Part shown: positions 26,331-39,113 of the stretch, piece by piece
Layout: each line of letters begins with the position of its first letter
How positions within the stretch are numbered: position 1 is the first letter of the stretch
DNA from: Flectonema sp. DT1601
Lineage: Eukaryota
Assembly (NCBI GenBank): GCA_964019425.1
Contig: OZ025797.1
Span: forward strand, 992,001 to 1,056,000
Length of the DNA stretch: 64,000 nucleotides
Direction: 5' to 3'
Program-made: the position numbers and the translations under genes
Notes under the pieces: generated by a model
Told to the model about the DNA's origin: nothing
The model's input: the letters and a program-made list of their open reading frames with translations, nothing else
The model's database searches: none

Positions 26331-26779
26331 GATAGGGGGAGTATGCTAAAGTTGGACAAAGTTTGGCAATGTAAAAACAGTAACAACTTTAGCTCCAAAA
26401 ATACCAAAAATAAAATTAATATTAACAGTCAAGTACTCGACAGAAAAATATTCGTAGTTGTTAATCAAAGAAAAGGTACGTTAGAAGAAAGAAAAAAGAA
26501 AAAGGGGGCAAATTGATACTGTATTAGCAAGCTCAAGGTGGTGAAACTTGGACAATGCAAAAACAGTAACAACTTTAGGTATTAAAAACAAAATAAATAT
26601 CAAGTACTTGACTGAAAAATTTTTGTTGACGTTAATCAAAGAAAATTACGTTTCGAAGAAAAAGAAAACATAAAAGGGAAAATTATAAAGCTCAAGGGGG
26701 TATAATAAGTTAAGGGAATGAAGCAAAGAGAATACAACATCGATATAATCAACAACCGATATTCAAATGCGTTCACAAA

Positions 26780-26926
26780 TTAAAAGACTTGACTACTCGG
26801 AATCGTCGGATCATATTTCTGAATAGACGTTGACTTATCGTCATAAGGTGTTGTACTTCCGTAAGTTTTCACATGAGGACCTTCAGAGATGATTGAAATC
26901 TTGGGTTTCGACCTGGATCGATCGAC
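26780..26926 (-). pseudogene. 3' fragment of the Cys-rich membrane protein gene
   Basis: Only the cytoplasmic-tail coding part remains; a deletion joins it to spacer sequence at gatcgatcgac. Confidence 0.85.
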
Positions 26927-27446
26927 TAATTGCATATGTTTTCAAAGAAACAAAGTAATAAAGCAAATAAAAAAGAGATGCACAGCAGAAAGTAATTACG
27001 TCTTAGCTAGTTAGCTTTTAGTATTGTTTGATTTCTACTGTGTTCAGAAGAATACATTTAAATATATCACTCAGTGACCTTCAGTAACAACGTCGGCGAA
27101 TAATTCACCTTATTAGAAGCAGCTGATTCAGAAGGTTAGTGAGTCTAAGGACTTACCCCCAATAGTTTTACAGAAAATATTTAGCGAAGTGTATCAGCAG
27201 AAAACAAATAACCATCAGAAACAGATATTGTTAGTTAGTAACTCACAGCAACAGAGGACCCAATCCGTAACCGTTTCCGAAGACTCAGTATGGATTGTTG
27301 GATTAGCTTCAACTCAAGAGATGTAATTTAATTTATAGAAAAATTAAAAACCAACAAACTTCAGCTTTCCACCTTGCTCAACTTCAAAATAAAGAATAAA
27401 TTGAACGAGATCGAAAAATAGAAATATGAAAATATTAACTATTAAT

Positions 27447-27797
27447 TTAATGAAAATCAGATAGCCTGATTTTTACTCGTGGGTTTTACCGAGTGAGGTA
27501 AACCCACTCACAAGTGAAAATCTGTATCTGATTTAGCATCCAAAACCGTCGTTTTATATTACAATAAGAGGCTTCGAAAGGAAAATTTACACCCCGGCGG
27601 TCTATGGGCCCACCTCAGAAGTCAAAAATGAGTCTCCAAAAAAAAGAAATGCCTGAGCGTGACATAATTTCACGCCCGCAACGGCCGTAACCAAAATGCG
27701 TGCAATTAAATTCGGTAAAAAAACTTCACACTCAGCCAGGAGTGAAATACTGAACGTTCCGATTTTCATTGCGAGTGTAAATTTTCCCTAAGAAGAC
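27447..27797. mobile_element. Second copy of the ~350-bp hairpin-rich insertion
   Basis: Near-identical to 21172-21524 at the same spacer position, so propagated by array duplication. Confidence 0.6.
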
Positions 27798-29051
27798 TGA
27801 TAGAGCAAAAAAAAAAAAAAAAAAAAACAATTTATAAAAATAAAACAAAACAACAACAAAAAAAAAAAAAGAAAACAAATGAATAACAATACGAACACAC
27901 GTAGAACGTTGATGAGTAACGCCACCTGAGTGGTAACAGCTCGCTTTCAAATTCAAACCATGCATACTCGATCCGTGTATAAGTAGAAGAGATAGTCAAT
28001 GAATGAATCCAAATGTTTATTATTATCAGATTTCAAGAACCAACACAATTCTATATTCCATGTTCAATATAACCGTGAGCCTAATGTGGTTTAGGTGTCC
28101 TGGCTTTCTACACCGTTTTACACAACAATTAAAAAAATTAAAAAAAAAAATTCCGGAAAGTTTAGAAAATCTAATCCCAAAACAACATAACAGAGATTAC
28201 TATTATTTCTGTTGTTTGTGGGGTTGACAGGCCGCTAGAGGAACTAACGATAATGGAATAAAACAGGAGAATACAATGACACACGCTATCTACTTTGAAT
28301 TGGGTGAGATGTTAATTTTTTTCTGTTTGTAATCTATGACCCAGTAAAAAACGTAAAAGCCAGTTAAAAAGGATTTCGTATGCTGCTGCTAACATTGTGG
28401 ATGCTAAAGTAGGACAAAGTTACATAAACTTAGACCTCACTCATTAGGATAATCGCAACATCTAACAGATGATAGGGGGAGTATGCTAAAGTTGGACAAA
28501 GTTACATAAACTTAGACCTCACTCATTAGGATAATCGCGACATCTAACAGATGATAGGGGGAGTATGCTAAAGTTGGACAAAGTTTAGCAATGTAAAAAC
28601 AGTAACAACTTTAGCTCCAAAAATATCAAAAATAAAATTAATATTAACAGTCAAGTACTTGACAGAAAAAGATTCGTAGTTGTTAATCAAAGAAAAGGTA
28701 CGTTAGAAGAAAGAAAAAAGAAAAAGGGAGTAAATTGATACTGTATAAGCAAGCTCAAGGTGGTGAAACTTTGGCAATGTAAAACAGTTACAACTTTAGG
28801 TATTAAAAACAAAATTAATATCAAGTACTTGACTGAAAAATATTTGTTGACGTTAATCAAAGAAAATTACGTTTAGAAGAAAAGAAAACATAAAAGGGAA
28901 AATTATAAAGCTCAAGGGGGTATAATAAGTTAAGGGAATGAAGCAAAGAGAACTTCGATATAATCAACAACCGATATTCAAATGCATTCGCACAAATTAA
29001 AAGACTTGACTACTCGGAATCGTCGGATCATATTTCTGAATAGACGTTGAC

Positions 29052-29540
29052 TTAACGTCTATTCTGAATAGACGTTGACTTAACGTCATAAGGTGTTGTA
29101 CTTCCGTAAGTTTTCACATGAGGACCTTCAGAGATGATTGAAATCTTGGGTTTCGACCTGGATCGACCTAAGGATATTATCCCGCAAATTAACAGAGACA
29201 GAATCCCAATAAATAAAAACGGCAATCCCAATGACACGCCTGTGAGTTCACTTGTTGGAGCCGAGCATCCGATATTTTTTATATGACAACAGTGTGCTTG
29301 TTGTGCTTCAGGCCATTGTTCTTGATCTTTATCATCGCAGTTGTAGTTGCAGCCGATGTTTTGTTTTGAACAACACCAATTCTGATGTTCTGTTGTCCAC
29401 TTTGAAATATCTGGAGAACTGCAATCGTAAGAATCCGATTGGGTAGACTGCACAGTCATAGTTTCGAAGAATTCGCTGTGAAGAAAATAAAACATTGTCA
29501 TCAGTGTAGTGTAGACTGTTGTCGATAATTCTTCTTTCAT
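29052..29540 (-). CDS. Cys-rich repeat membrane protein, copy with truncated tail
   Basis: A ~26-bp local duplication (ttctgaatagacgttgacttaacgtc) creates an early stop (..IQNRR*). Confidence 0.65.
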   Translation of the reverse strand: MKEELSTTVYTTLMTMFYFLHSEFFETMTVQSTQSDSYDCSSPDISKWTTEHQNWCCSKQNIGCNYNCDDKDQEQWPEAQQAHCCHIKNIGCSAPTSELTGVSLGLPFLFIGILSLLICGIISLGRSRSKPKISIISEGPHVKTYGSTTPYDVKSTSIQNRR

Positions 29541-30469
29541 GAACTACTTTAGTTAGAATTGAAGACTACTTAACAAGACTCGTAATTAACCAATCCAAGA
29601 CACACACTAGTTCTCATTAAATAGAACTCAAGTCACGTCCTCAACTATTGTGAAATACCTGTTGACAGAAGCAGATGATTTGATAATAATCTTTAAAAAA
29701 AACCCTTCGAAGAAATAAAAACAAGATAAGACACAACAAGTGTGTGTTTGGAGATAGAAAATTAGGGATAAAATAAACGACTTAATGAGAGAGGTCCAGA
29801 CTGCTTCAAAAGCTAGAAGGGATTTCCTTTTTTTTACATCTAAAAAAAGATCTACTCACATGTTCGTAAAGGTTTTGGTCACGATCCTGAGAATCTCGAA
29901 AAAAAAGCACTGGCGCGTCAGAAGAAAAAGAAGTACTGGTGTCAACTTTTGCTCATTTTAGACATTGCAGATTGGACAAAAAAGGATTGCCTTTATAACC
30001 CAAGTTCACTTTTTTCAATTCTTAATGATCGTGACCAAAGTTTTCTGTGAAAAATGAAAAAAGAAAGGGAAAAAAAAGGGAGTGGAAAAGAAGCTCAGCG
30101 TGGGAAAGGCTCAGCAAATTGCATATGTTTTCAAATAAACGAATAATAAAGCAAAATAAAAAAGAGATGCACAGCAGAAAGTAATTACGTCTTAGCTAGT
30201 TAGCTTTTAGTATTGTTTGATTTCTACTGTGTTCAGAATAATACATTTAAATATACTACTCAGTGACCTTCAGTAACAACGTCGGCGAATAATTCACCTT
30301 ATAAGAAGCAGCTGATTCAGAAGGTTAGTGAGTCTAAGGACTTACCCCCAATAGTTTTACAGACGTGTTATCACTACAATCTTCGTCGAATGCAGACAGA
30401 ACCCTGCCGCATGGAGGGGGGCAAGTCACTAAGATACACTAACTCAATCCGAACAGTGTCCTCCAACTA

Positions 30470-30852
30470 GTTAGTATTAATAATTATCAGTTAGTATCAT
30501 TAATTTTAGAACAGAAAAGTAAAAATAAGAAAAGTAGAGATTAGTAAAAGAAAAAAAAGTATTCATTTCTGCAGTTTCCTAACATCAAAGGGTAATAGAA
30601 TATGTAGTTTCAGGAGCCTTAATCTTATACTACTTGTCCCTTTTTAGTCCTTCATCAGTAAGTTAGTATTAATGGTTATCAGTCAAATGAAGGGGAGAGG
30701 GCGGTAAAATTCAATCGAATGCAAAAGTTCGTTGGACAACAAACAAATAATGGTTGGTTTCGGGCTAAAATTAAAAAATATTTCTTCGGACCATTCCCCT
30801 TACCCAGCCCTCTCCAGCGAAGAAAGTAAGGGGGACATTGCAGTGTCAGGCT
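30470..30852. mobile_element. Composite insertion with two GTTAGTATTAAT..TTATCAGT termini
   Basis: Replaces ~100 bp of normal spacer. The motif at 30470 and 30662 is shared with the 11700 insertion. Confidence 0.5.
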
Positions 30853-31761
30853 GGATGATGAAAACAAAAAGAAAATTCGAATGTTTCTTTTATTCAAAAA
30901 AAGGTTGCAGTTTATCACTTATATGACAAGAGGGCATAACTCAACAACAACATAAAAGACTTCACTTAGCGAAGTGTATCAGCCGAAAACAAATAACCAT
31001 CAGAAACAGATATTGTTAGTTAGTAACTCACAGCAACAGAGGACCCAATCCGTAACCGTTTCCGAAGACTCAGTATGGATTGTTGAATTAGCTTCAACTG
31101 AAGAGATGTAATCTAATTTATAGAAAAATTAAAAACCAACAAACTTCAGCTTTCCACCTTGCTCAACTTAACTAACCAACCATTGAACTATAAAATAAAG
31201 AATAAATTGAACGAAATCGAAAAATGGAAATATTAAAATATTAGCCATTGATTTAATGAAAATCAGATAGCCTGATTTTCACGCGTGGGTGGGCTTTACC
31301 GAGTGAGGCAAAAATCCACTCACAAGTGAAAATCTGTATCTGATTTAGCATCTAAAACCAGCAATGTAAAAACAGTAACAACGTTAGCTACCAAACAAAA
31401 ATTAATATTAAAGTACATGACAGAAGAATATTCGTATATTTGTCAATCAAAGAAAAGGTACGTTAGAAGAAAGAAAAAAGAAAAAGGGGGCAAATTGATA
31501 CTGTATTAGCAAGCTCAAGGTGGTGAAACTTGGACAATGCAAAAACAGTAACAACTTTAGGTATTAAAAACAAAATTAATATCAAGTACTTGACTGAAAA
31601 ATTTTTGTTGATGTTAATCAAAGAAAATTACGTTTCGAAGAAAAAGAAAACATAAAAGGGAAAATTATTAAGCTCAAGGGGGTATATTAAGTTAAGGGAA
31701 TGAAGCAAAGAGAATACAACATCGATATAATCAACAACCGATATTCAAATGCGTTCACAAA

Positions 31762-32277
31762 TTAAAAGACTTGACTACTCGGAATCGTCGGATCATATTT
31801 CTGAATAGACGTTGACTTATCGTCATAAGGTGTTGTACTTCCGTAAGTTTTCACATGAGGACCTTCAGAGATGATTGAAATCTTGGGTTTCGACCTGGAT
31901 CGACCTAAGGATATTATCCCGCAAATTAACAGAGACAGAATCCCAATAAATAAAAACGGCAATCCCAATGACACGCCTGTGAGTTCACTTGTTGGAGCCG
32001 AGCATCCGATATTTTTTATATGACAACAGTGTGCTTGTTGTGCTTCAGACCATTGTTCTTGATCTTTACCATCGCAGTTGTAGTTGCAGCCGATGTTTTG
32101 TTTTGAACAACACCAATTCTGATGTTCTGTTGTCCACTTTGAAATATCTGGAGAACTGCAATCGTAAGAATCCGATTGGGTAGACTGCACAGTCATAGTT
32201 TCGAAGAATTCGCTGTGAAGAAAATAAAACATTGTCATCAGTGTAGTGTAGACTGTTGTCGATAATTCTTCTTTCAT
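31762..32277 (-). CDS. Cys-rich repeat membrane protein (short stalk, PSSQVF)
   Basis: Array paralog. Confidence 0.75.
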   Translation of the reverse strand: MKEELSTTVYTTLMTMFYFLHSEFFETMTVQSTQSDSYDCSSPDISKWTTEHQNWCCSKQNIGCNYNCDGKDQEQWSEAQQAHCCHIKNIGCSAPTSELTGVSLGLPFLFIGILSLLICGIISLGRSRSKPKISIISEGPHVKTYGSTTPYDDKSTSIQKYDPTIPSSQVF

Positions 32278-34914
32278 GAACTACTTTAGTTAGAATTGAA
32301 GACTACTTAACAAGACTCGTAATTAACCAATCCAAGACACACACTAGTTCTCATTAAATAGAACTCAAGTCACGTCCTCAACTATTGTGAAATACCTGTT
32401 GACAGAAGCAGATGATTTGATAATAATCTTTAAAAAAAACCCTTCGAAGAAATAAAAACAAGATAAGACACAACAAGTGTGTATTTGAGATAGAAAATTA
32501 GGGATAAAATAAACGACTTAATGAGAGAGTCCAGACTGCTTGATTAAAAGCTAGAAAGGATTTCCTTTTTTTTACATCTAAAAAAAAAATTTCTCACATG
32601 TTCGCAAAGGTTCCGGTCACGATCCTGTTCTCGAAAAAAAAGTACTGGCGCGTCAGCTGAAAATAATAGTACTGGCGTTAGCTGATACTTTTGCTCATTT
32701 TAAACATTGCAGATTGGACAAAAAAGGATTGCCTCCATAACCCAAGTTCACTTTTTTCAATTCTTAATGATCGTGACCAAAGTTTTCTGTGAAAATGGGG
32801 GGAAAAGTAGGAGTGGAAAAGAAGCTCAGTGAAGTGTAAGAATATAAGTGAAAGGGAAATAAATAGCACTTCAGCTAAAGCAACAGAAGACACTTTATCA
32901 GAAGAGAGATGGAAAAAAAACGAATTCAAAGTACAACGAATTCTACGACACAATTTGATTATCAATTCAGGTGAGCCCTACTTTGTTAGGCTCAACAAAT
33001 TTCATATTTTAACAAAGAAACAAAGTAATAAAGCAAATAAAAAAGAGATGCACAGCAAAAGATGCACAGCAGAAAGTAATTACTTCTCAGCAAGTTAGCT
33101 TTTAGTATTGTTTGATTTTTACTTTGTTCAGAAGAATACATTTAAATATATCACTCAGTGACCTTCAGTAACAACGTCGGCGAATAATTCACCTTATTAG
33201 AAGCAGCTGATTCAGAAGGTTAGTGAGTCTAAGGACTTACCCCCAATAGTTTTACAGAAAATGAATCCGCAGTGGGGACGTGTTATCACTGCAATCTCCG
33301 TCGAATGCAGAGCAGACAGAATCCTGCCATGGAGGGGAGCAAGTCACTAAGATACACTAACTCAATCTGAATAGTGCCCTGCAAGTGTCGACACAAAAGA
33401 ATCGGCAAGGGGAAGAGGACGAAAACTTTCACCAGAGTGTGATTTCAGATGTTCGTTCAACAAAAGCGAACCAACTCTCAGGATGATGAAAACAAAAAGA
33501 AAATTCGAATGTTTCTTTTATTCAAAAAAGGTTGCAGTTTATCACTTATATGACAAGAGGGCATAACTCAACAACAACATAAAAGACTTCACTTAGCGAA
33601 GTGTATCAGCCGAAAACAAATAACCATCAGAAACAGATATTGTTAGTTAGTAACTCACAGCAACAGAGGACCCAATCCGTAACCGTTTCCGAAGACTCAG
33701 TATGGATTGTTGAATTAGCTTCAACTGAAGAGATGTAATCTAATTTATAGAAAAATTAAAAACCAACAAACTTCAGCTTTCCACCTTGCTCAACTTAACT
33801 AACCAACCATTGAACTATAAAATAAAGAATAAATTGAACGAAATCGAAAAATAGAAATATCAAAATAAAATAAAAAAAATAAAAAAATCGATAATAAAAA
33901 AAAAAAAAAAAAATGAATAACAAAATTCGAACACACATAGAATTGATGAGTAACGCCGCCTGATTGGCAACAACTCGCTTTCAAATTCAAACCATGCATA
34001 CTCGATCCGTGTATAATTAGAAGAGTTAATCAATGGATGAATCCAAATGTTTATTATTATCAGATTTCAAGAACCAACACAATTCTATATTCCATGTTCA
34101 ATATAACTGTGAGCCTAATGTGGTTTAGGTGTCCTGGCTTTCTACACCATTTTACACAAAAATTAAAAAAATTAAAGAAAACTTCCGGAAAGTTTAGAAA
34201 ATCTAATCCCAAAACAACATAACAGGGATTGCTATTATTTCTGTTGTTTGCTGGGGTTGACAGGCCGCTAGAGGCACTAACGATAACGGAATAAAACAGG
34301 AGAATACAATGACACACGCTATCTACTTTGAATTAATTATTTTTTGTTTGTAACTTATGACCCAGTAAAAAACGTAAAAGCCAGTTAAAAAGGATTTCGT
34401 ATGCTGCTGCTAACATTGTGGATGCTAAAGTAGGACAAAGTTACATAAACTTAGACCTCACTCATTAGGATAATCGCAACATCTAACAGATGATAGGGGG
34501 AGTATGCTAAAGTTGGACAAAGTTTGGCAATGTAAAAACAGTAACAACTTTAGCTATCAAACAAAAAATTAATATTAAAGTACATGACAGAAGAATATTC
34601 GTATATTTGTCAATCACGTTAGAAGAAAGAAAAACGAAAAAGGGGGCAAATTGATACTGTACTAGCAACTCAAGGGTGAAACTTGGACAATGCAAAAACA
34701 GTAACAACTTTAGGTATTAAAAACAAAATTAATATCAAGTACTTGACTGAAAAATTTTTGTTGATGTTAATCAAAGAAAATTACGTTTCGAAGAAAAAGA
34801 AAACATAAAAGGGAAAATTATAAAGCTCAAGGGGGTATATTAAGTTAAGGGAATGAAGCAAAGAGAATACAACTTAGATGTAATCAACAATCGATATTCA
34901 AATGCGTTCACAAA

Positions 34915-35451
34915 TTAAAAGACTTGACTACTCGGAATCGTCGGATCATATTTCTGAATAGACGTTGACTTAACGTCATAAGGTGTTGTACTTCCGTAAG
35001 TTTTCGCATGAGGACCTTCAGAGATGATTGAAATCTTGGGTTTCGACCTGGATCGACCTAAGGATATTATCCCGCAAATTAACAGAGACAGAATCCCAAT
35101 AAATAAGAATGGCAATCCCAATGACTCGCCTGTGAGTTCACTTGTTGAAGCAGTGCTGTCTTCTCCCCTTACCGAGCATCCGATATTTTTTATATGACAA
35201 CAGTGTGCTTGTTGTGCTTCAGACCATTGTTCTTGATCTTTATCATCGCAGTTGTAGTTGCAGCCGATGTTTTGTTTTGAACAACACCAATTCTGATGTT
35301 CTGTTGTCCACTTTGAAATATCTGGAGAACTGCAATCGTAAGAATCCGATTGGGTAGACTGCACAGTCATAGTTTCGAAGAATTCGCTGTGAAGAAAATA
35401 AAACATTGTCATCAGTGTAGTGTAGACTGTTGTCGATAATTCTTCTTTCAT
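34915..35451 (-). CDS. Cys-rich repeat membrane protein (long stalk, PSSQVF)
   Basis: Array paralog. Confidence 0.75.
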   Translation of the reverse strand: MKEELSTTVYTTLMTMFYFLHSEFFETMTVQSTQSDSYDCSSPDISKWTTEHQNWCCSKQNIGCNYNCDDKDQEQWSEAQQAHCCHIKNIGCSVRGEDSTASTSELTGESLGLPFLFIGILSLLICGIISLGRSRSKPKISIISEGPHAKTYGSTTPYDVKSTSIQKYDPTIPSSQVF

Positions 35452-36207
35452 GAACTACTTTAGTTAGAATTGAAGACTACTTAACAAGACTCGTAATTAA
35501 CCAATCCAAGACACACACTAGTTCTCATTAAATAGAACTCAAGTCACGTCCTCAACTATTGTGAAATACCTGTTGACAGAAGCAGATGATTTGATAATAA
35601 TCTTAAAAAAGAAACCCTTCGAAGAAATAAAAACAAGATAAGACACAACAAGTGTGTATTTGAGATAGAAAATTGAGGATAAAATAAACGACTTAATGAG
35701 AGAGGTCAGACTGCTTGATTAAAAGCTAGAAAGGACTTCATTTTTTTACATCTAAAAAAAGATCTACTCACATGTTCGTAAAGGTTCTGGTCACGATCCT
35801 GAGAATCTCGGGAAAAAAGTACTGGCGCGTCAGCTGAAAAAAATAGTACTGGCGTTAGCTGATACTTTTGCTCATTTTAGACATTGCAGATTGGACAAAA
35901 ATGGATTGCCTTTATAACCCAAGTTCACTTTTTTCAATTCTTAATGATCGTGACCAAAGTTTTCTGTGAAAATGGGGGGAAAAGTAGGAGTGGAAAAGAA
36001 GCTCAGTGAAGTGTAAGAATATAAGTGAAAGGGAAATAAATAGCACTTCAGCTAAAGCAACAGAAGACACTTTATCAGAAGAGAGATGGAAAAAAAACGA
36101 ATTCAAAGAACAACGAGCTCTAAGACAAAATTAGATTATCAATTCAGGTGAGCCCTACTTTATTAGGCTCAACAAATTTCATATTTTAACAAAGAAACAA
36201 AGTAATA

Positions 36208-36700
36208 GTTAGTTAGCAAAATACAACCTGATGACCACGAGGGGTCTGGGTAGCCCGCATCAGTAAGTACCCAATCGCGAAGATTGTAGTTTTATAGCTT
36301 CGGCTGGAAGTAATCGACTTCCAGCTCCCACCTTGCCCAGAGGCTAACAGGTTGTAAACAACTAAAGAAAATAAAAGAGAAATGATCTGGGAGTGGGGGA
36401 AGGTGGAAAAAAATAAAAAATCTTCTTTCTTTCATATACATATTTCTTTATAATACGACCACATGTGCCATATGCCCACACTCCACGAAAGAAAATAGAA
36501 AACCCCGGAACAGTACCGAGGATCGTTCACCCCCAGTTGTCCAAAGCATTATAATTTTACTGTGAGCTTACCGAAAAGCTACAGGAATGTACCACAAAAA
36601 AAGTTTGGGCAGCACATAGCCATATCACTCAGCAAGAAATGAAAATCAAAAGGATCAGGTAAGATGACAGTCAGTTTAAGGTCATAACTGCGCCGGACCT
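36208..36700 (-). mobile_element. 493-bp SINE-like retroposon with (TAAC)n tail
   Basis: TSD taata (36203-07 / 36701-05); empty site agtaataaagc in other units; truncated homolog at 53027. Confidence 0.85.
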
Positions 36701-38582
36701 TAATAAAGCAAATAAAAAAGAGATGCACAGCAAAAGATGCACAGCAGAAAGTACTTACTTCTTAGCTAGTTAGCTTTTAGTATTGTTTGATTTCTACTGT
36801 GTTCAGAAGAATACATTTAAATATATTAATCAGTGACCTTCAGTAACAACGTCGGCGAATAATTCACCTTATAAGAAGCAGCTGATTCAGAAGGTTAGTG
36901 AGTCTAAGGACTTACCCCCAATAGTTTTACAGAAAATGTATCCCCAGTGGGGACGTGTTATCACTACAATCTTCGTCGAATGCAGACAGAACCCTGTCAC
37001 ATGGGGGAGCAAGTCACTAAGATACACTAACTCAATCTGAACAGTGTCCGCCAACTACGTCGACACAAAAGAATCGGCAAGGGGAAGAGGACGAAAACTT
37101 TCACCAGAGTGTGATTTCAGATGTTCGTTCAACAAAAGCGAACCAACTCTCAGGATGATGAAAACAAAAAGAAAATTCGAATGTTTCTTTTATTCAAAAA
37201 AAGGTTGCAGTTTATCACTTATATGACACGAGTGCATAACTCAACAACAACATAAAAGACTTCACTTAGCGAAGTGTATCAGCCGAAAACAAATAACCAT
37301 CAGAAACAGATATTGTTAGTTAGTAACTCACAGCAACAGAGGACCCAATCCGTAACCGTTTCCGAAGACTCAGTATGGATTGTTGAATTAGCTTCAACTG
37401 AAGAGATGTAATCTAATTTATAGAAAAATTAAAAACCAACAAACTTCAGCTTTCCACCTTGCTCAACTTAACTAACCAACCATTGAACTATAAAATAAGG
37501 AATAAATTGAATGAAATCGAAAAATAGAAATATGAAAATATTAACTATTGATAAAAATAAAAATAAAAAAAAGTAAACAAGTGAAAAACAATATACGAAC
37601 ACACGTAGAACGTTGATGAGTAACGCCGCCTGAGTGGTAACAGCTCGCTTTCAAATTCAAACCATGCATACTCGATCCGTGTATAATTGGAAGAGATAGT
37701 CAATGAATGAATCCAAATGTTTATTATTATCAGATTTCAGGAACCAACACAATTCTCTATTCCATGTTCAATATAACCGTGAGCCTAATGTGGTTTAGGT
37801 GTCCTGGCTTTCTACACCATTTTACACAAAAATTAAAAAAACAAAAAAAACTTCGGGAAAGTTTAGAAAATCTAATCCCAAAACAACATAACAGGGATTG
37901 CTATTATTTCTGTTGTTTGTTGGGGGTTGACAGTAACGATAATGGAATAAAACAGGAGAATACAATGACACACGCTATCTACTTTGAATTGGGTGAGATG
38001 TTAATTATTTTTTGTTTGTAACTTATGACCCAGTAAAAAACGTAAAAGCCAGTTAAAAAGGATTTCGTATGCTGCTGCTAACATTGTGGAAGCTAAAGTA
38101 GGACAAAGTTACATAAACTTAGACCTCACTCATTAGGATAATCGCAACATCTAACAGATGATAGGGGGAGTATGCTAAAGTTGGACAAAGTTTGGCAATG
38201 TAAAAACAGTAACAACTTTAGCTACCAAACAAAAATTAATATTAAAGTACATGACAGAAGAATATTCGTATATTTGTCAATCAAAGAAAGGTACGTTGGA
38301 AGAAAGAAAAACGAAAAAGGGAGTAAATTGATACTGTATTAGCAAGCTCAAGGAGGTAATATGATTACATGCATTCTTAAGCAAGGTGGAGGAATATTAA
38401 GTTAAGGGAATGAAGCAAAGAGAATACAACCTCGATATTATCAACAACCGATATTCAAATGCGTTCACAAATTAAAAGACTTGACTACATTCAACCCAAA
38501 GAGAATGAATTTAATCTTAATCACAGGTACCGACGATGTATCTCCCATGAGGTGTTTAAGAATGTTCAAGGATTGATTGCCC

Positions 38583-39113
38583 TCAGACTCTATTCGGAGC
38601 TGTCGGATCATATTTCTGAATAGACGTTGACTTAACGTCATAAGGTGTTGTACTTCCGTAAGTTTTCACATGAGGACCTTCAGAGATGATTGAAATCTTG
38701 GGTTTCGACCTGGATCGACCTAAGGATATTATCCCGCAAAGGAACAGAGACAGAATCCCAATAAATAAGAATGGCAATCCCAATGATACGCCTGTGAGTT
38801 CACTTGTTGAAGCAGTGTTGTCTTCTCCCCTTACCGAGCATCCGATATTTTTTATATGACAACAGTGTGCTTGTTGTGCTTCAGACCATTGTTCTTGATC
38901 TTTACCATCGCAGTTGTAGTTGCAGCCGATGTTTTGTTTTGAACAACACCAATTCTGATGTTCTGTTGTCCACTTTGAAATATCTGGAGAACTGCAATCG
39001 TAAGAATCCGATTGGGTAGACTGCACAGTCATAGTTTCGAAGAATTCGCTGTGAAGAAAATGAAACATTATCATCAGTGTAGTGTAGACTGTTGTCGATA
39101 ATTCTTCTTTCAT
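38583..39113 (-). CDS. Cys-rich repeat membrane protein (long stalk, APNRV)
   Basis: Array paralog. Confidence 0.75.
   Translation of the reverse strand: MKEELSTTVYTTLMIMFHFLHSEFFETMTVQSTQSDSYDCSSPDISKWTTEHQNWCCSKQNIGCNYNCDGKDQEQWSEAQQAHCCHIKNIGCSVRGEDNTASTSELTGVSLGLPFLFIGILSLFLCGIISLGRSRSKPKISIISEGPHVKTYGSTTPYDVKSTSIQKYDPTAPNRV

Noticed and set aside
36229..36300. Hammerhead ribozyme from CTGATGA
   Set aside because: No GAAA after stem II; the CTGATG pairs with downstream CATCAG instead.
9934..37226. Recurrent short spacer ORFs (MSSNYVDTK, MNPNVYYYQ, MHGLNLK, MLKQCC)
   Set aside because: Recurrence reflects array duplication. They are frameshifted or disrupted between copies, or antisense to the real gene.
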